Shown here piece by piece: positions 13,435 to 27,400 of a stretch of DNA of 64,000 bases. The position numbers were made by a program, and so were the translations under genes. The stretch is from Glaucostegus cemiculus. Lineage: Eukaryota. The notes below the pieces were generated by a model. The model saw nothing but the letters and a program-made list of their open reading frames with translations. It was not told the origin of the DNA and did not search any database. The first letter of the stretch is position 1, and every line of letters begins with the position of its first letter. The stretch spans positions 186,001 to 250,000 of the forward strand of contig CDPCPM010000005.1 in assembly GCA_976551045.1 (NCBI GenBank), read 5' to 3'.

Positions 13435-13595
13435 AAACATAACAAATACTGAAAATATACACATTTGTTCATCAGCATTTGCACAGAGAATTGATAGTTT
13501 AATGCTTTGAATTAAGATTTTGAGATGAGCTACTCTAGTTTCTTGTGGATGCTGAGAGGTCTGTGTATCTTCCAGTATTGTTTTGATTTCATTTT
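13435..13595. mobile_element. Old degenerate Penelope-type foldback
   Basis: aacaaatactgaaaatatacac...cagcatt and gatgctg...gtgtatcttccagtattgtt form imperfect inverted arms. Confidence 0.45.
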
Positions 13596-16500
13596 AATAT
13601 TTGGTGAATTGTAAATTACTGTCATATAGTAACAAAATAATAAAATTATCTCGCACAGGAGAAGGCTATTCAGTCCACTCCATCTGTGCTGTTTCATCAA
13701 TTGAACTATCTAGTAAGTCCCAGCAATCCCACTCCTCTGCTCTTGACGCTGAGTGAACTGTAAAGATTGGTGGAGAGAAGACTGACCATTTTCTACTCTC
13801 CATTTCCTCTATTAAGTGGACTTCTTCAGATTATGATTCAGTTTAAAGTGAGATGTACTGGCTCAACTGCACATTGTCTTTCAGCATGAGGCACCAAGAA
13901 CCAATACGTTGATAATGGTCTGTGTTTGAGGAGCAACATACACCAGATCAATGATGAGAGCCACTTCTGTCAACTAATAGACAAGCAGCAATGGAAGGAG
14001 TTCACATTTTAACTTGAACCTGTTCTGAAAGCTGTCTTAACCCAGCTTGAGCCAAAGAAGGCCCCAGCATTTCAAAAATTATAAATAATTTATGCTTGAC
14101 TCTTAGTATGTGTGCAGTATTTAAAATTTGACATTAGCATTCTATTTGGAGATTATATGAGACAAGGGAAATGCCTCATTCTGCATTAATTGTAAAATTA
14201 TTCAGCAAGGTTGGTCAAAGGATAGAGATAGTGTTTTTGTATCTGCTGCTTTGCTATTCTGTCACCTGTTAGATGTGGTTTCATGACATAGCTCCCAGTG
14301 TGCAGTTCCATATGTTGTAGGGCAATGCAGAGTAAAATTGGCTGCATTACTCAGGCTGGATGCAAATTTCTGGCATACTGGCCTCAGCAGATCTGGCACA
14401 TGGGAGTTTCCATTGGCTGCCTGAAAGGTGGATTCAGAACCAGCATCCTTTGACGTCTGTTAAACTCGCACAGGAGCAACTTTGAATAATTCAAAAATTC
14501 TGATTCAAAGGATCACTGCATGTGGAGAAGACTCTCAGTACAACAACAGATCTAAATTTCATTTTTGCAGAGTTCTGGCTATTGTTTATTTTGTCTAACC
14601 GTTTAATTTAGAAACAAACCTTACTTCATCTTTTTAGTGCAGTTTCATATCATATGAATAACTGAAATCCTTTTTTAAAAACACTGGACGTTTTGTGTAT
14701 TGAGAAAATGAAAAGTGACTCATAATGCTACTTAAAATAATTATCTCTAAAGTTAACATCTAAAAAGTAAATAGAATAAGATTTTGAATTGCAATTTCAA
14801 AGTTAATGTACAGAATATATTTAGTATTTCTAATTGGTCTGTTTTTGGAGATTTTCACAGTTGACTGAGGTAAATTAAATGAGTAGGTGAAGATTAAGGA
14901 TGCCTTGGACTTCATTAACTTGTTCATTTAGTTTATTTGATTATTATATCTGTAAAATATTAAAAAAAAACAGATAGCTCCTTCATGGTCCAAGCTCTTG
15001 AATTCATTTGATACCCTGGCTTTTCTATGTGTCAACAGACCTTTCATAAATAAGCAAAAAGATTGTCCAGTATAGGGGATTGTGATAAACTATATTGTTT
15101 ATTTGTTGGTAAATTCAGCAAAATTTGCCCAGTTCTTAGATTGCAAGTTTGCATCTTCTGCTGCAATTGCTGCAATTCTTATTTTGCAGAGCAGAACAAC
15201 ATTAGGCTTGTGGGGGAGGTGGGGGGAGAAATCAATCTTTTGATATATGATCAAAGGCTTCAAATGGCAATTAATGCACTCTAGGGATGACTTGACAGGG
15301 CTTCAACACCCATTTACACACAGTGTGCTGAAGTTGCTTGGTGGGATGATCTTTCTAAATTATGCCAAAATCATTTGAGAAGTAAGTGAGGAGTACATTG
15401 GGATGACCATATATAGTTAACTGCAGTATAGTTAGAATTTTGCAAACACCAAAGGTCTAAAGGTATTTAATTTTTTTTTACAGTCTTAAATGAACTGGTT
15501 TTTAAACATGTTTGGCATGCAAACCCCCACTGGCAGTAGTGTTGTTCCAATGGCAAAAACGGTCTGTTTTGGTGAAAGTACTGAAACTCATTAAGTTCTT
15601 GTGTACCAAAGGACTTACTTCTTTTTTTGCTACCTTCCAAATTGCAGCAGGACAAAAGGCATGACAACACTTTGAAAGTGGACACCGCTTCTGACTTGCG
15701 AATTAGTTGGAACGGTTGTGATTTTCATAAAGCTCCCCCTAGCTTAGCTTCTCTGATTATATGTGCTTCCTGGCCTTGCCTTTCCATTCACATCTATGCT
15801 GATAACAGCAAAGAATGTCTTTGCATATCAAAAGCTACAGTGATCCTAACCAAATAGAAGTGGGGAATCCTGCTGCCCCACTCAGTCTGGCCTACTCTGA
15901 AGCTGTCACTCTCTATTCACAGCTACTGAATCCTAATAGCTTAGCTTGTGGTACAAAATTAAATGAACCCTCTTTGTGCAGACTGTATTTGCCTGGTCCC
16001 TAAAAGCCATGCCAGGCAGACAGTGTCGGGTGATTTTTTTTAAAGGAAAGCTGTTAATTATTACTGAAGTCTAATGGCAAATGCCAAGTAGAATTGAAAG
16101 GCACAAAGATGTAGGAAGTTTTTATTTCATTCAAAAGAACAGTCGTCTTGATTATTTAGATTTTCTTTCAAAGTAAGCCAATAAGCAGGCATTAGGTTTA
16201 GTCCAGTGACATCAAGCAAAAGTACCCCCTTTTATACAGGGATACAACAAGTAAAGAACAAATCCATTAAAACAAACCACAAAGGAAACTAATTTGCTTC
16301 AATAATTAATGCACACTATGCACTCCAATTCCCTCCAGTAAGGATGCAAAGTATGCATAGTCATGACTGACAGAGCAGTAATCCTTTTATATTTGTTGTG
16401 CTTTATCTAAAGATTTCTGAGAGTATTCCCTTTTTTATTCCCTATATTATTTCTGCTGAGTTGCTTGAGGCACTTGTTTTGTTATATCAGTTGTTATTAG

Positions 16501-17678
16501 TAATGTGGTTAGCACAATGCTGCAGGGCAAGTGTAGTTGTTTAAGGACATCAGTTTTTACCTCTAAATTATATCTATTCTTCTTCCCTGTGACTAGTTTC
16601 TTCATTTTAATTTATACATCTTCCCATTTCTATAGACAGCTTTTATGCTTTGTATATTGACACCACTCAATAATGGAAATGATTCTGTAATGTTGGTGAG
16701 AACACTTGTCTTGCCATACATTTATTGGAACAATACAGGCACTATGTTCTAATTCAACAACTTCTAGGAAATATTAAACTTTACTATGAAATTATTGCCT
16801 CAGAGAAGTAAGTAATCAGGGATACTAATTAGGAATGTCTAACCTTTACTGTCTCAGAACCACACTGCACTGCATGTCAGCAAGTCTTAGCTAAAACTCA
16901 TTGTAAAGCTTCCAGCCTTCCAGTATATGTGCTTCGTAAAGGCTCAATAACATAATGGCAAATAGAATCATTAATGGCATACAGGATCATTAATAAGATG
17001 TGGTTCATCTAATGCAACGTGGTACAAGATGTTAAATAACTCTCAACTTAATAAAAAAATAGTTTGATCGACCAGGCTTGTCAGCATCATATCAGTAGCC
17101 TGTGAAAACCTACATTCCTGGCACAATTATTTTTCATTCCCAAACAGTTCAGTTTTTTTAATATGCTGTATGTAGTAAACTATCTATTTTTTCTGAGATG
17201 CAGCAGAATAATGCGCGTCTTGTACAATGAGTGTTGTCAAGGGTAATAAATGACAGAAAAAAGTTATGGGATGTCAGTTTAGTCTTGATTATGCACTCTG
17301 TACAGAAACTGGAAGGAATCCAAATGTAACATATTGAATGGGAGGAAGACTATTTTTTTGATGTTTCACTGAAATGTTTTGTGTGCACAGTGATGAGAAT
17401 ATGTCTGCATGTCTTTAACTAACAAAAAAAATCACTTTGTTAGCAAAGGATTATCCTTTCTGACTTGTTAAATATGCTGCCATACTTTATTGTTATGTTC
17501 GCCAATGGTGTGTGAATACACTTCGTTTTTCTGAATATCATTTCAGTTTTTTTTAAATATGAACATCCTTTTGGAAATACTGGACAGCTTCTCTTTTTGC
17601 AATATGTGTTTGAATTGTCGGTTGGTTTCTTCTGCAATTATGAATCTTTGATATTCTTGACTGTCTTATCTAAATTAC

Positions 17679-17925
17679 CGCATCTGTAGCTTGCAGAAAA
17701 GCTGTCTTAAGAGAAATATCAACCTCTTTTCATAAGGAGTATTATGTAATATCTTGCATAGATCTTTACTTGGCTAGCAATGACACATCACGAGAAGCTG
17801 GAATGGTTCCCCAACAGAGCTATTTCTAATCTTTGACCGTGGTCTACGGCAGTTTACCCCGCTTCTTGAAAACTAAAGAGGCTCTCGACTTTAAATTACA
17901 TTCAAATCAAGGAGGATTGGTCGAT
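17679..17925 (-). promoter_or_regulatory. FLRT3: Candidate FLRT3 promoter and first non-coding exon
   Basis: Minus strand has CCAAT (17916-17920), a TATA-like TTTAAA (~17890-17895), a local CpG cluster and a donor GCG|gtaatt at 17679, all in a TE-poor stretch about 9 kb upstream of the CDS. Confidence 0.4.
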
Positions 17926-20900
17926 AAATTTTTGGAGCTCCTGAATCTAGGAAATGATGTTGTTGATAGAAGAGAATTTGCTTGTTTTTGAACAATAGTG
18001 CACTAATTTCATTACTGCTCGTTGGCATTGATTGTGTGCAGAGGTTAATCATGGACAGATCTCATGATGCTTCATTAACTTTACAAGTCAGTGTTAAATT
18101 GAGCATTTCTAAAAACAAAATGGACGTTATCTCTTCAATTTCCATTAGTGTGCAGCTGAACAGTAGAGTAACTAACAGTGTAGGTTTCTTGTGTGGCAAA
18201 CACAAAGTGCCAGTGCCCCAGCTGACTCCATGGATTATTTTAGAATATTCCAGACAACTTTCTTCATTCTGAGTGCAATCAATTTACAGCTACATACATT
18301 CTATCGGGTTATCAGTGTTACATTATTTCTAAATATTATAGCTGTAGGTTTTGGATTTCTTGGCCTGTTTGAGGCAATTGAGAACATTTTGTTGGAGTAG
18401 GAATTGATTAAATTTGTGAGTGAAAGCACACAAATCTTACTTTCACAAGAAGGTTGTGTACTCAGCATCATTGGGACTTTTTATTTTACTTTAACATGGT
18501 TGGTGTAATTATCCTGTATAAATTTAATTCAATTCTCTCTCACTGAGGCCAATTTTAAAACTGTGTAAAGTTTGCCCACAGATTTTAGAATAAACACCTC
18601 CATGCTTTACATTCTCTATTTTAGCAAGTGAATTTTTACAGATCTTGTCCTAGTTTCTTGCCACTGGCTATGTACCACTTATGGTCCTCAGCACTATTTG
18701 CTTGGGTCCTAAGGATCTTGTACCTATAAACATCAGAGGAGAGAACAAAGGCAGGGTTTGTGCCTCAAGTACAGGGGAGCTTTTTGTTTTTTTCCCTTAT
18801 GGACTCCAAATGAAATATCTCAAGGAAAGCAGTTTAACTAATCTGCACTGGTTCTCTAAAAGGCCTGTCAGTATGCTATGCTTGCTTGGTAAAAGAAATG
18901 CCATCTATTAAATGGTGACATTCTTTCTCTGTAACTTACTTTTTTCTTTACTTCAAGTGGTAACCTTCCTTCAGAGCTCATGTTTTCACCATTAAGAGAT
19001 TGCACTAGTCTTGAAATCTGAAGACAGCTTATTACAAAGAAGTTTACTGATAGCTTGGGAATGTGTGAGAATTATTCTTCATTTTAGTATTTTCTCTAAT
19101 TTCTCTTCTTAAATCTGTGTTTTTTTGTGTGTTTGTCTGCCATTCGTGTCCTGCATTATTAAATGTGCAGCTTTGTAAGGTAATAGCTCCTGTGGCATTA
19201 ACTGATCTCTTTCAAATTATTATCTAAGTGAGATTTTTTTTAAAACACTGGTTGTAAACAGTTATGGTTTTGGTGGGTTCCATATTCATGAAGAAAATTT
19301 TAATAAAAAGAATCATGCTTCCGGTCTTTACTATGAATAACATGCTGGATTGAATTCTGATTTTAATTTAAAGCATGAAGCTATCTGATTTTACTAGAAG
19401 CCATCTTGTTTACATCGCTCACTTTTATTTAAAACAGTTTGTTTGAAAAAGGATCTCTTGAAATTCAAACATTGTGTTTGAAAGCAAACTAAGTCAGAAT
19501 GAAGTTCAAGCGTGCAAAATCGGATGCTACCCTTTTTAATTGGAATTTTGTGGCCTAAAAAGTTACAAGATCCTAAATCTGTTCCAGATTTAGCTAATCA
19601 AAACAATCTGGCTTAACAGCATGTTCATAGATGAGGTCAAAGACTCTCTTGTTTTTCTTCCTTGCAAGGACGATGTTTTCTTTTTCTGTCGTTGAAAGTA
19701 GCTGCATTTTATCCATTATAGCTTTTGCCCACTTGGTGGTGATAGGTACTGTAAGTTGCCAGCCTTATAGAACCCTCGAATTGCATGCTGGTGTTCACCT
19801 TAAATTGCTTTAATTAGGATAAAACCTTCTGTCAAAAGAAACTACAGCAGCCTTTCAGTTGAAAAAAGGAATTGCTGGGTAGTTTATGTCTTTCAGCATA
19901 ACTTTGTGTGCTGTTCGGCCATTGCAGACTCTGGCCATTGATGCATTTTTATCAGAGGGAAGCTTGCTTAAGCTGCTGCTTTGTACAGCTGCCAGTATTG
20001 TACGCAGTTGGGTGTAATTTATAATTGTGTTTTGGTCCCTGGAGTCAAAATAATAAACCCTTTGTTGCAGTACACAACTTGAGGCTGTGGATGTTAAATG
20101 ATTGGAGATTTTCTTCTGCCTGTGAATTTAGGTTGGGTGGGAGCCGCAGAAGAGGGACAAGGTGGTATGGTTCAATAAAGGGAAAGACACATGCTTAACT
20201 TAAACCCTTTCTATTCATTTTGGAGATAACCTTGCTGTGATTTAGTTAAGTCACAAGATATTCAAATGATTTTCTCCATGCCATCTCTGTAAACCATAGC
20301 CCAGAAGTACTCATTGTGGGAGACTGTGAGAATATTTGTCCAAAATAATCTTGGAGAAGCATGTGATTTTTAATTTTTTAAATTTTGCCTTGCCTGAAAA
20401 TAAAACTGAATAACTTTAAGGAATTCAGTATATTGGTAAACATAGTTTAGACTTCAGAATATATATATAAGTAGCTATGACTTTTTAATTGTCATGTTCT
20501 GACTGGTCATGCAAGAGCAAACTTTACAGCCGAATTATTCTGGCTAGGCAACTCGAGCTAAATCTTGATAACACAATGACTAAAATCCAATTAGGACTGC
20601 GAGGATTTTTGCCAGCTTGCTTCTGACTGAAACAAACATTGACCTGAAGAGTTTCTTTATTGCAGTGGCATTAAATCAAGGGGTATCATTCTGTTTTCTG
20701 TACGTTTCTGTGATTTTTATTTTGTATTGGTGAGCTGTTGATACTACCATATGAATGGATGCATGGGTGTTTCCTTTCAAGATACTTTTCACTGTTAACA
20801 TTTGGTAAAAGGTACTGAGATGTGAAATCCAGGCGTCTACACAGTGAAAACTATTGCCTTGTGTTGCAAGATTTCAAATGTGACTGAGTATGCCAGGCTG

Positions 20901-22724
20901 CATGCTTTACTACTGACTTAACAATTTTTTCACAGGTTTCATCATTTTTTTCCTTTAAGTTAAATAATCTATAAGACACACCAGAGGGTTTTGTTTTGAA
21001 AGTAGGAACCAATAATGAAAAACGAATGCTGAGGATTAAAGGATGAAGTAATAAATCTGTTTGCATCTTTGGATACAAATCGGACTTGGTTACTTTAGTT
21101 TGATTGCAACATCAGTGATAAAAATAGGTCTGTTATTTTGTATCTTTAATGTGGCTCATGATATAGATTTCAAACCTGCTTACTTTCATGAGGTAATAAC
21201 TCTTCATGTTCTGTTGGTATATTAGTGCTGAAATTCTATTGATTGCTTGTGACTATCAGAATCAAGATTGCGAAGGCAGCCTTACTCACACAATTTATCA
21301 TTTTTAAAAATACAGCCTAACTATAAACCATAATAATCCTTGTTATGAATGTAACTACACTTACCGGTTAAAAAGAAGAAACTTCAAGAATCCAGCATCT
21401 GTGAAAACACCAGTTAATTATTCCAGCTTGTTATGAGAAAGGATAGGAAGCAATCGATTTGTCTGTCTGAAAGCAACCAGCAAAAAAAGAGGGAATCTCT
21501 GCCTTGCACCATTCCCATTCAGTCCTTGTGCACTGTTACAAGTGGGAGTAGTCAGACAAGTAGAGCGCTCCAGAAATTCTGAAGTTAAAGCTTTGTCTAG
21601 CAGTAGTTGAATAGACTGATGAGGTCACAGGTAGGCAGGACTTGGATGAGGTAAGACGATTGATTCATGCTCAAGCGAGTACATTTCAGACACTAGAGGG
21701 AGTCAGAGCAGGGGGAGCGGTAGTGGTGGCAGTATAATGTGAACAAGTCCAAGATTACATTTGATAGATTCGGCTTCTCATTTGCTAAAACGAACTCCTT
21801 ATTAACTAGTTGAATTATCTTTTTCGAATCTAATATTGCTGAGTAGGAATGAAATGGAAAATAAATTGAGAGGACCCAAGAAAATATTTAGACAGTAGAG
21901 TCCTTGGGGTATAAGTGATATCAGATTCTATCTGCATTTAAATGAAAACTAATCCTCTTGATAGGCATTTATGCCAAGCAGCATGAAGGAAGGCTATTCT
22001 GTGAATGCCACAGTAATTCTACCAAAAAGCTTTCAGAAAATAAACCTGCAAGTTATTTCTACCGCCTTGCCCAATTCCCCACAAAGGAAACTTTTTTTTC
22101 TGAAGAAGGTTTCAAGAATTTGGTTTTTAAAAAGTGCTTCAGTTACAATCTCCCAAAACTTTATTTATTCTATCCTTTATTATCTTTAGTATGTTTGTCT
22201 GGACATTGAAGTGTTAGGTCATCACACATTACTATCAAAGAGGAAGGTCAATAGCTGATTAAAAACAATGTTGGTTTCATTGCTTTGTGATTTCAAGGGG
22301 TGCCAAGGCCATTTTGTCATCAAACTTTAAATAACCTCTATGCCTTTTGCTCTGGCCTTCAGGTAACAAATAAACTAGGTGTCTGCAATAATTGGGAAGA
22401 TTTGGACTGGAGCCAACAAAACTTATGAGTGGATCATCATAAGTTTTGGTTTGTTTATTTCATTGCAATTTCACAGCTAAGTATGCCGAAATGTTCTGCT
22501 GTGTTTCCACACCTTATACAGTGAATAGGTTTTGCAAAATTTTTCATTGGTTGGTTGTAAACAGCTATTGGACAAGCATGACCATGTGAAAGGTGCTATA
22601 AAATGTCATATTTGCTTGTTGGCAGTAAGCATTCTAATCCCCTGAATGTATCCCTATTTTAAGGAGCATATACATTTTGATGGGCTTCCTAGCAAACAGA
22701 ATTCCGACCATGTGTAGCTGCAAC

Positions 22725-23125
22725 TACAACAACTTGCATTTACATTGTGGTTGTAACATTGTAAAGCATCCGAGGTGTTGCATGGAAAGGCTATCAAGTA
22801 AAATTTAATACCAGGCTGCAGAACAGGTATTAATATTGATGCCAAAAGCTTGGTCAAGAGCTAGGTTTTAAAGCACAACTTAAAGGAAGAAAGTGAGATA
22901 GAGAGGCAAAGATATTTTCAGAAGGAATTTCCAGAGCTTCAGGCTTTGGCAGCTGGAAGCACTCACCAGTTGTGGAGCAATTAAAATCAGGGATGCTGAA
23001 GAGGCCTCAATTGGTGGCACACAGATATCTCAGAAGGTTGCAGGGATGAAGGAGATTACAGGGATGGGGAAAGGAAAGACATAAGGGAGTTGAAAACAAG
23101 AAAGAGAAGTTTAAAATCAGAGATT
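22725..23125 (-). mobile_element. L2 LINE 3' remnant
   Basis: caacaacttgcattta tail, ggtcaagagctaggttttaa and ggaatttccagagctt; the antisense counterpart of the family at 4385-4595. Confidence 0.6.
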
Positions 23126-24432
23126 AGTCATCTGTAAGTTATCCTTACTGCCATGGGAACATGACCATGGATGTACTTCGACTGATGTAATAGTAATGTA
23201 TAGATTCTGCAGCCAACTCAAATAGACTGAGCTGCATTTGCTTTTTAACCTACGGACCCTTTTCTAACTTCTCTAAAGCTGACGTAGGAAATTCTATGTT
23301 TTGTTGTAACCATGTTCGATCTGTTCTGCTAAGGTATTTGGATATAATAGTACCATTTATCTCCTGGGAGCTGATGCTATCTTATACAAGTTAAGCCATG
23401 GTGAGGGGGGCTGGTGGTGGTTTCCTTGGATGGTGTCAATATTTGCATAGCTCCCTAGTCTGTTGATATTTGCTAACGTCTGTGGGAATGTGTCAATATT
23501 TGAAAGCAGCTCTACATTGAAAATCTCCTTGAAGGAAACATAGGTTTGGGGTATCCTACAGTGTAAAGCATGAGCCAGTAAAATGGGAGTCAGGATGCAG
23601 TGATTTGGTCCTGAGGAATTTGCATGGAGAAAGCTGTTTAGTTTCAAAATGAAGTTTTCTTTACAAAAAAAGAGTTTCTACCTCAAAACCCTTCACCGTT
23701 TTATTTGAACAGGACGATATTATGACAAAATGATCGATGGCACTTTTATGTCAGTCCCCTAGCAAAAGCTTTCCCAGCATTTCTCTCCTAGGATAGTACA
23801 TAAGTGTTAAGTTTCCTGCTTAGACCTGAAGAAATCAGGCTCAGTTTTTAGTTGTGTGGCCCCTGGTCAACATCGATTGCACCTCGGATTCTTCTTGAAT
23901 GCAACTGCGCAAATTTGCAACAACGATAGCAGGGCTTCTCTTGTTGCCTGGAGACAGACATCAAAGGCTAAACACATTATTCCAGCGGCAGCCACTTGCA
24001 TTGTGATGAACAATCTTCCTTGTAAAGCCAGGAAGAATTTGCACCTGCAAAATTAAATAAAAGCATTCTGTCATTATATCATCCTGTTCAAATGATACAG
24101 TGAAAGGTTTTGAAGTGAAACATTTTCTTTGTAAAGACAAAATTCATCTTGAAATCGAACAGCTTTGCAAATTCTTCAGGCTTGAATCCCTGAATCCTGA
24201 CTTGAGTTTTATTGGTACATGTTGACAAAGATTTTGCACGTATGGAAAAATAACGAATGGGTTAGATGAGGGAAGAGCAAAAAAAAACTCAATTAGTATT
24301 TGAACATAAAAGTCATCTAATGTTCATTTCATTGCTGAGGGAAGTCTGCATTGTTAAAGGTGCTGCATTTAGATGAGCTGTTAAATCAGGGCACTGTCAG
24401 TTCTCAAGAATGATCCCATGACACTATAAGAA

Positions 24433-27400
24433 ACAACCTTGTCCCTGTGCACTATCTCCCAAGTTATCTGTCCACAGTCCCATCCAACTATTTCCTGGCC
24501 CACCTCTGGAAAAATCTACGGGTTCCTCATTGGTCTCATCAGTCATCTCTGAGCCCACAGAACAAGTTATTTCGATAAGAATTCATCTAAGAAGAAGGAT
24601 TTTGAAGATGAGTAGGTTTTAGTGTCTGTAGGTTCTCTTGCATTGCTAGTGGTATAAGCAAATTATAGAGGTAGAACTATCAACAAGGTATCCGTTAATG
24701 AAGGCAGCAACTCTTAATTAATGGCAGTGTCTGGTACAACAAAATTCAAATGATATCATATGGTACACAGCCCTTTAAAGTAACATTACACTTGTATATT
24801 CCTTAAGGCTTCACCAAATTAGATAAATAAGTTAATAATTTACATAAATAGTTGTCAGTTCAACCAACTTGGTCACTTTGTTTACTGAAACCTTCACAAT
24901 GAACTGCACTTGATTTGTCTGATATATTCACTCCAGCTTCTAGTAATTCCTATGGATCACTTGTCCAGACAAACCTTACACCTGGTCTCGCATCTTGTCC
25001 TGCATTTGTTGCTTTCACATAACCTTCATAACCATCTTCATAACCTTCTATACATTGTATTGTGTATTTTTAACTATTATCTTCTTGGTATCATCTGTAT
25101 ACTGCCCGCATAAAGTAAAAAAACAAACTGCTGGAATAACTCAGTGGGTCAAGCAGCATCTGCAGGGAGGGGGAGGAACTGTTGACATTTCAGGTCAAGA
25201 CACTGCATCAGGAAGTCTCGACTGAAAACATCGACAATTCCTTTCCTCCTCCAGATGCTGCTCGACCTGCTGAGTTGCTCCAGTGGTTTGTTTTTTGCTC
25301 CAGATTCTAGTATCTATAGTCTCTTGTGTCTCCATTGTCTGCATAAAACTTGACAAATACAGTAGTTGCAATCATACTTTGTATTTGGTATAGTATTGGA
25401 CACCATAAGCTCAATTGAAACGATCTCTCCTTTGCATACCTCTTAAAGCTCTCCATGTTTCACCCCATCAAGCATCCTGGCTCCCGCTCTGTCTTCCTGT
25501 AGACTCCAGACCTCCTTTTCTATTGTCACCTTTGTGGTCACAAAGTCACTTTCTCTGATTGCCCCATAGTGTACCATTTCCAGGGCTTTCAAGTCTGCTG
25601 TGATTATTTTCAGTCTGTCTGACTGTATTTTGGCTACTCTGTTTTGTGCTGCCATTAGTAAGTCCATACCTGTTGTGAAATTCCTCAAAGGATCTTCAGA
25701 GCTTTTCAACTGCTTCCACACTGCAATGCAGTCCTCTCTCAAGGTATCTCTCGACATACTTGATTCAGTCCATTCAGCGATTCTGTAAACAGCAGAAGTT
25801 TTATTCACACTGAATCCTTACCCAGAACTCAGGTAGTCTCATCTTGTCAGTCAGTATCATTTTGTGTCAGACTTGATTGATATCGCCTCTGCAGGCACTT
25901 ATATAATTGGCACCTTCTGTGCTAATGTTTCACTGCCATCATTTTGAGATACCTGCTTCATTTTGAGCAATGGTGAAATAAACATATGACCAGCCCTTGC
26001 TGTCAGACATCCGAACAATCAGCACCATGAATCCATAACTATTGAAGGCAAGGTCTGTATTCTTTCTCTGTCTCTGAGGGCATATGCTTCATGAATATTT
26101 TCCACTTCTATTATAAACCCAGTTCTGGGGATGCCACATTCCCCTTGCCATCAGGCCTCATTGCAGCCCTTGGCTATATAGCACACAATTTTCCTTTGAA
26201 TTTCTGTGTACGCATGGGCCAAGCTGCTTCCTTGTCATCTCCCAAGAAAGTCACTGTTCGACTGCTTAGCTGTCTTTTAGCCCAAGCTTCAAGTTCTTTA
26301 TTGGATGACTGTCTTCAAGTTCCATCTGCAATGGTAACATTGCATCACTATATATGTCTTGATTCCCCTAGCTACCATTGTGGAGAAACTGCTTGTATTC
26401 ATTGCATTTTCACTATGGGATGCCCCCGTCTCTCACCATTCAAGATAGTTGCATGGAAGCCATCAAACTACCATTTTCCATATATTATCTCTTTGGAGCT
26501 ACAGACAGTACCTGGGTCTAGATGGAGACTCGACGGAAAGTCCCAGATTCAACTGACCAGTGGTCTGTTGGACTGGAGGGTTCACCCCACAGTTGGCGTT
26601 GCTCCTGGATATCCTCGCTGCCCAATGAAATGATTCTTTCAGAAAGCAATCCCACAATCCAGGTGACTCAGTTCAGTCTGTTCCACTGATCCTGGAGCAG
26701 GTTCACAGCTTACCACTTTGAGATGTAACTGGACACATTTACCTCTTATAGTTACCCAACAGTTTACTTCCTTCATAATACATATGGTCCCTTGCATCTA
26801 AATCTGCCCAACACCATTCTGCTGCACTAAAACTGAAAATGTTTGAAATACTTCAAATACATGCGATGGCCGTGGACAAACCGACTTGCTGTGGTATCAG
26901 TTGTGTTTTTTATGAACAAGGTGGCATTAAGTATACGGTCATTGTCCTCGGGTGATAATAGATACATTTAAGCACACCTCCTCATTATCGCCTTGTGCAC
27001 AGTTCTGGAGTGAAACTGTTTCATACCCTACCCCCTTGCATCAAAGCAATAATGGCTCCCATTTTGTTGTCATTTACTTTCTTCAGAGACTTGGACCCCC
27101 CTTACAGGGTGTCCTGCCCTGTGGTATTTGTAGCACAGGGCCATCTTGAATGGTACGGTGATGTTGGGCGTCTCCCAAAACATCTATGGTGTCTATGCCA
27201 AGGCCTCTGTCTTTTGTAGTAGCAGGACCTGCAGACTTCCTACCTCTTGCATTCAGATGACCTACTGCATTCCTACCAAACCCACTTGTGGTCTTCGTGT
27301 GACTTGGCCACAAAGAAGACCACACCCCTATTGCAATGTCTGTAGGCCTGTTCATTGGTTGCACCTCAATACTGCATCCTGAGTGAATCTGCTTCATATT

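Noticed and set aside
26091-26633. 180-aa plus-strand ORF, the second longest in the track
   Set aside because: Lies antisense within the decayed LTR remnant, with no motif and random-looking composition.
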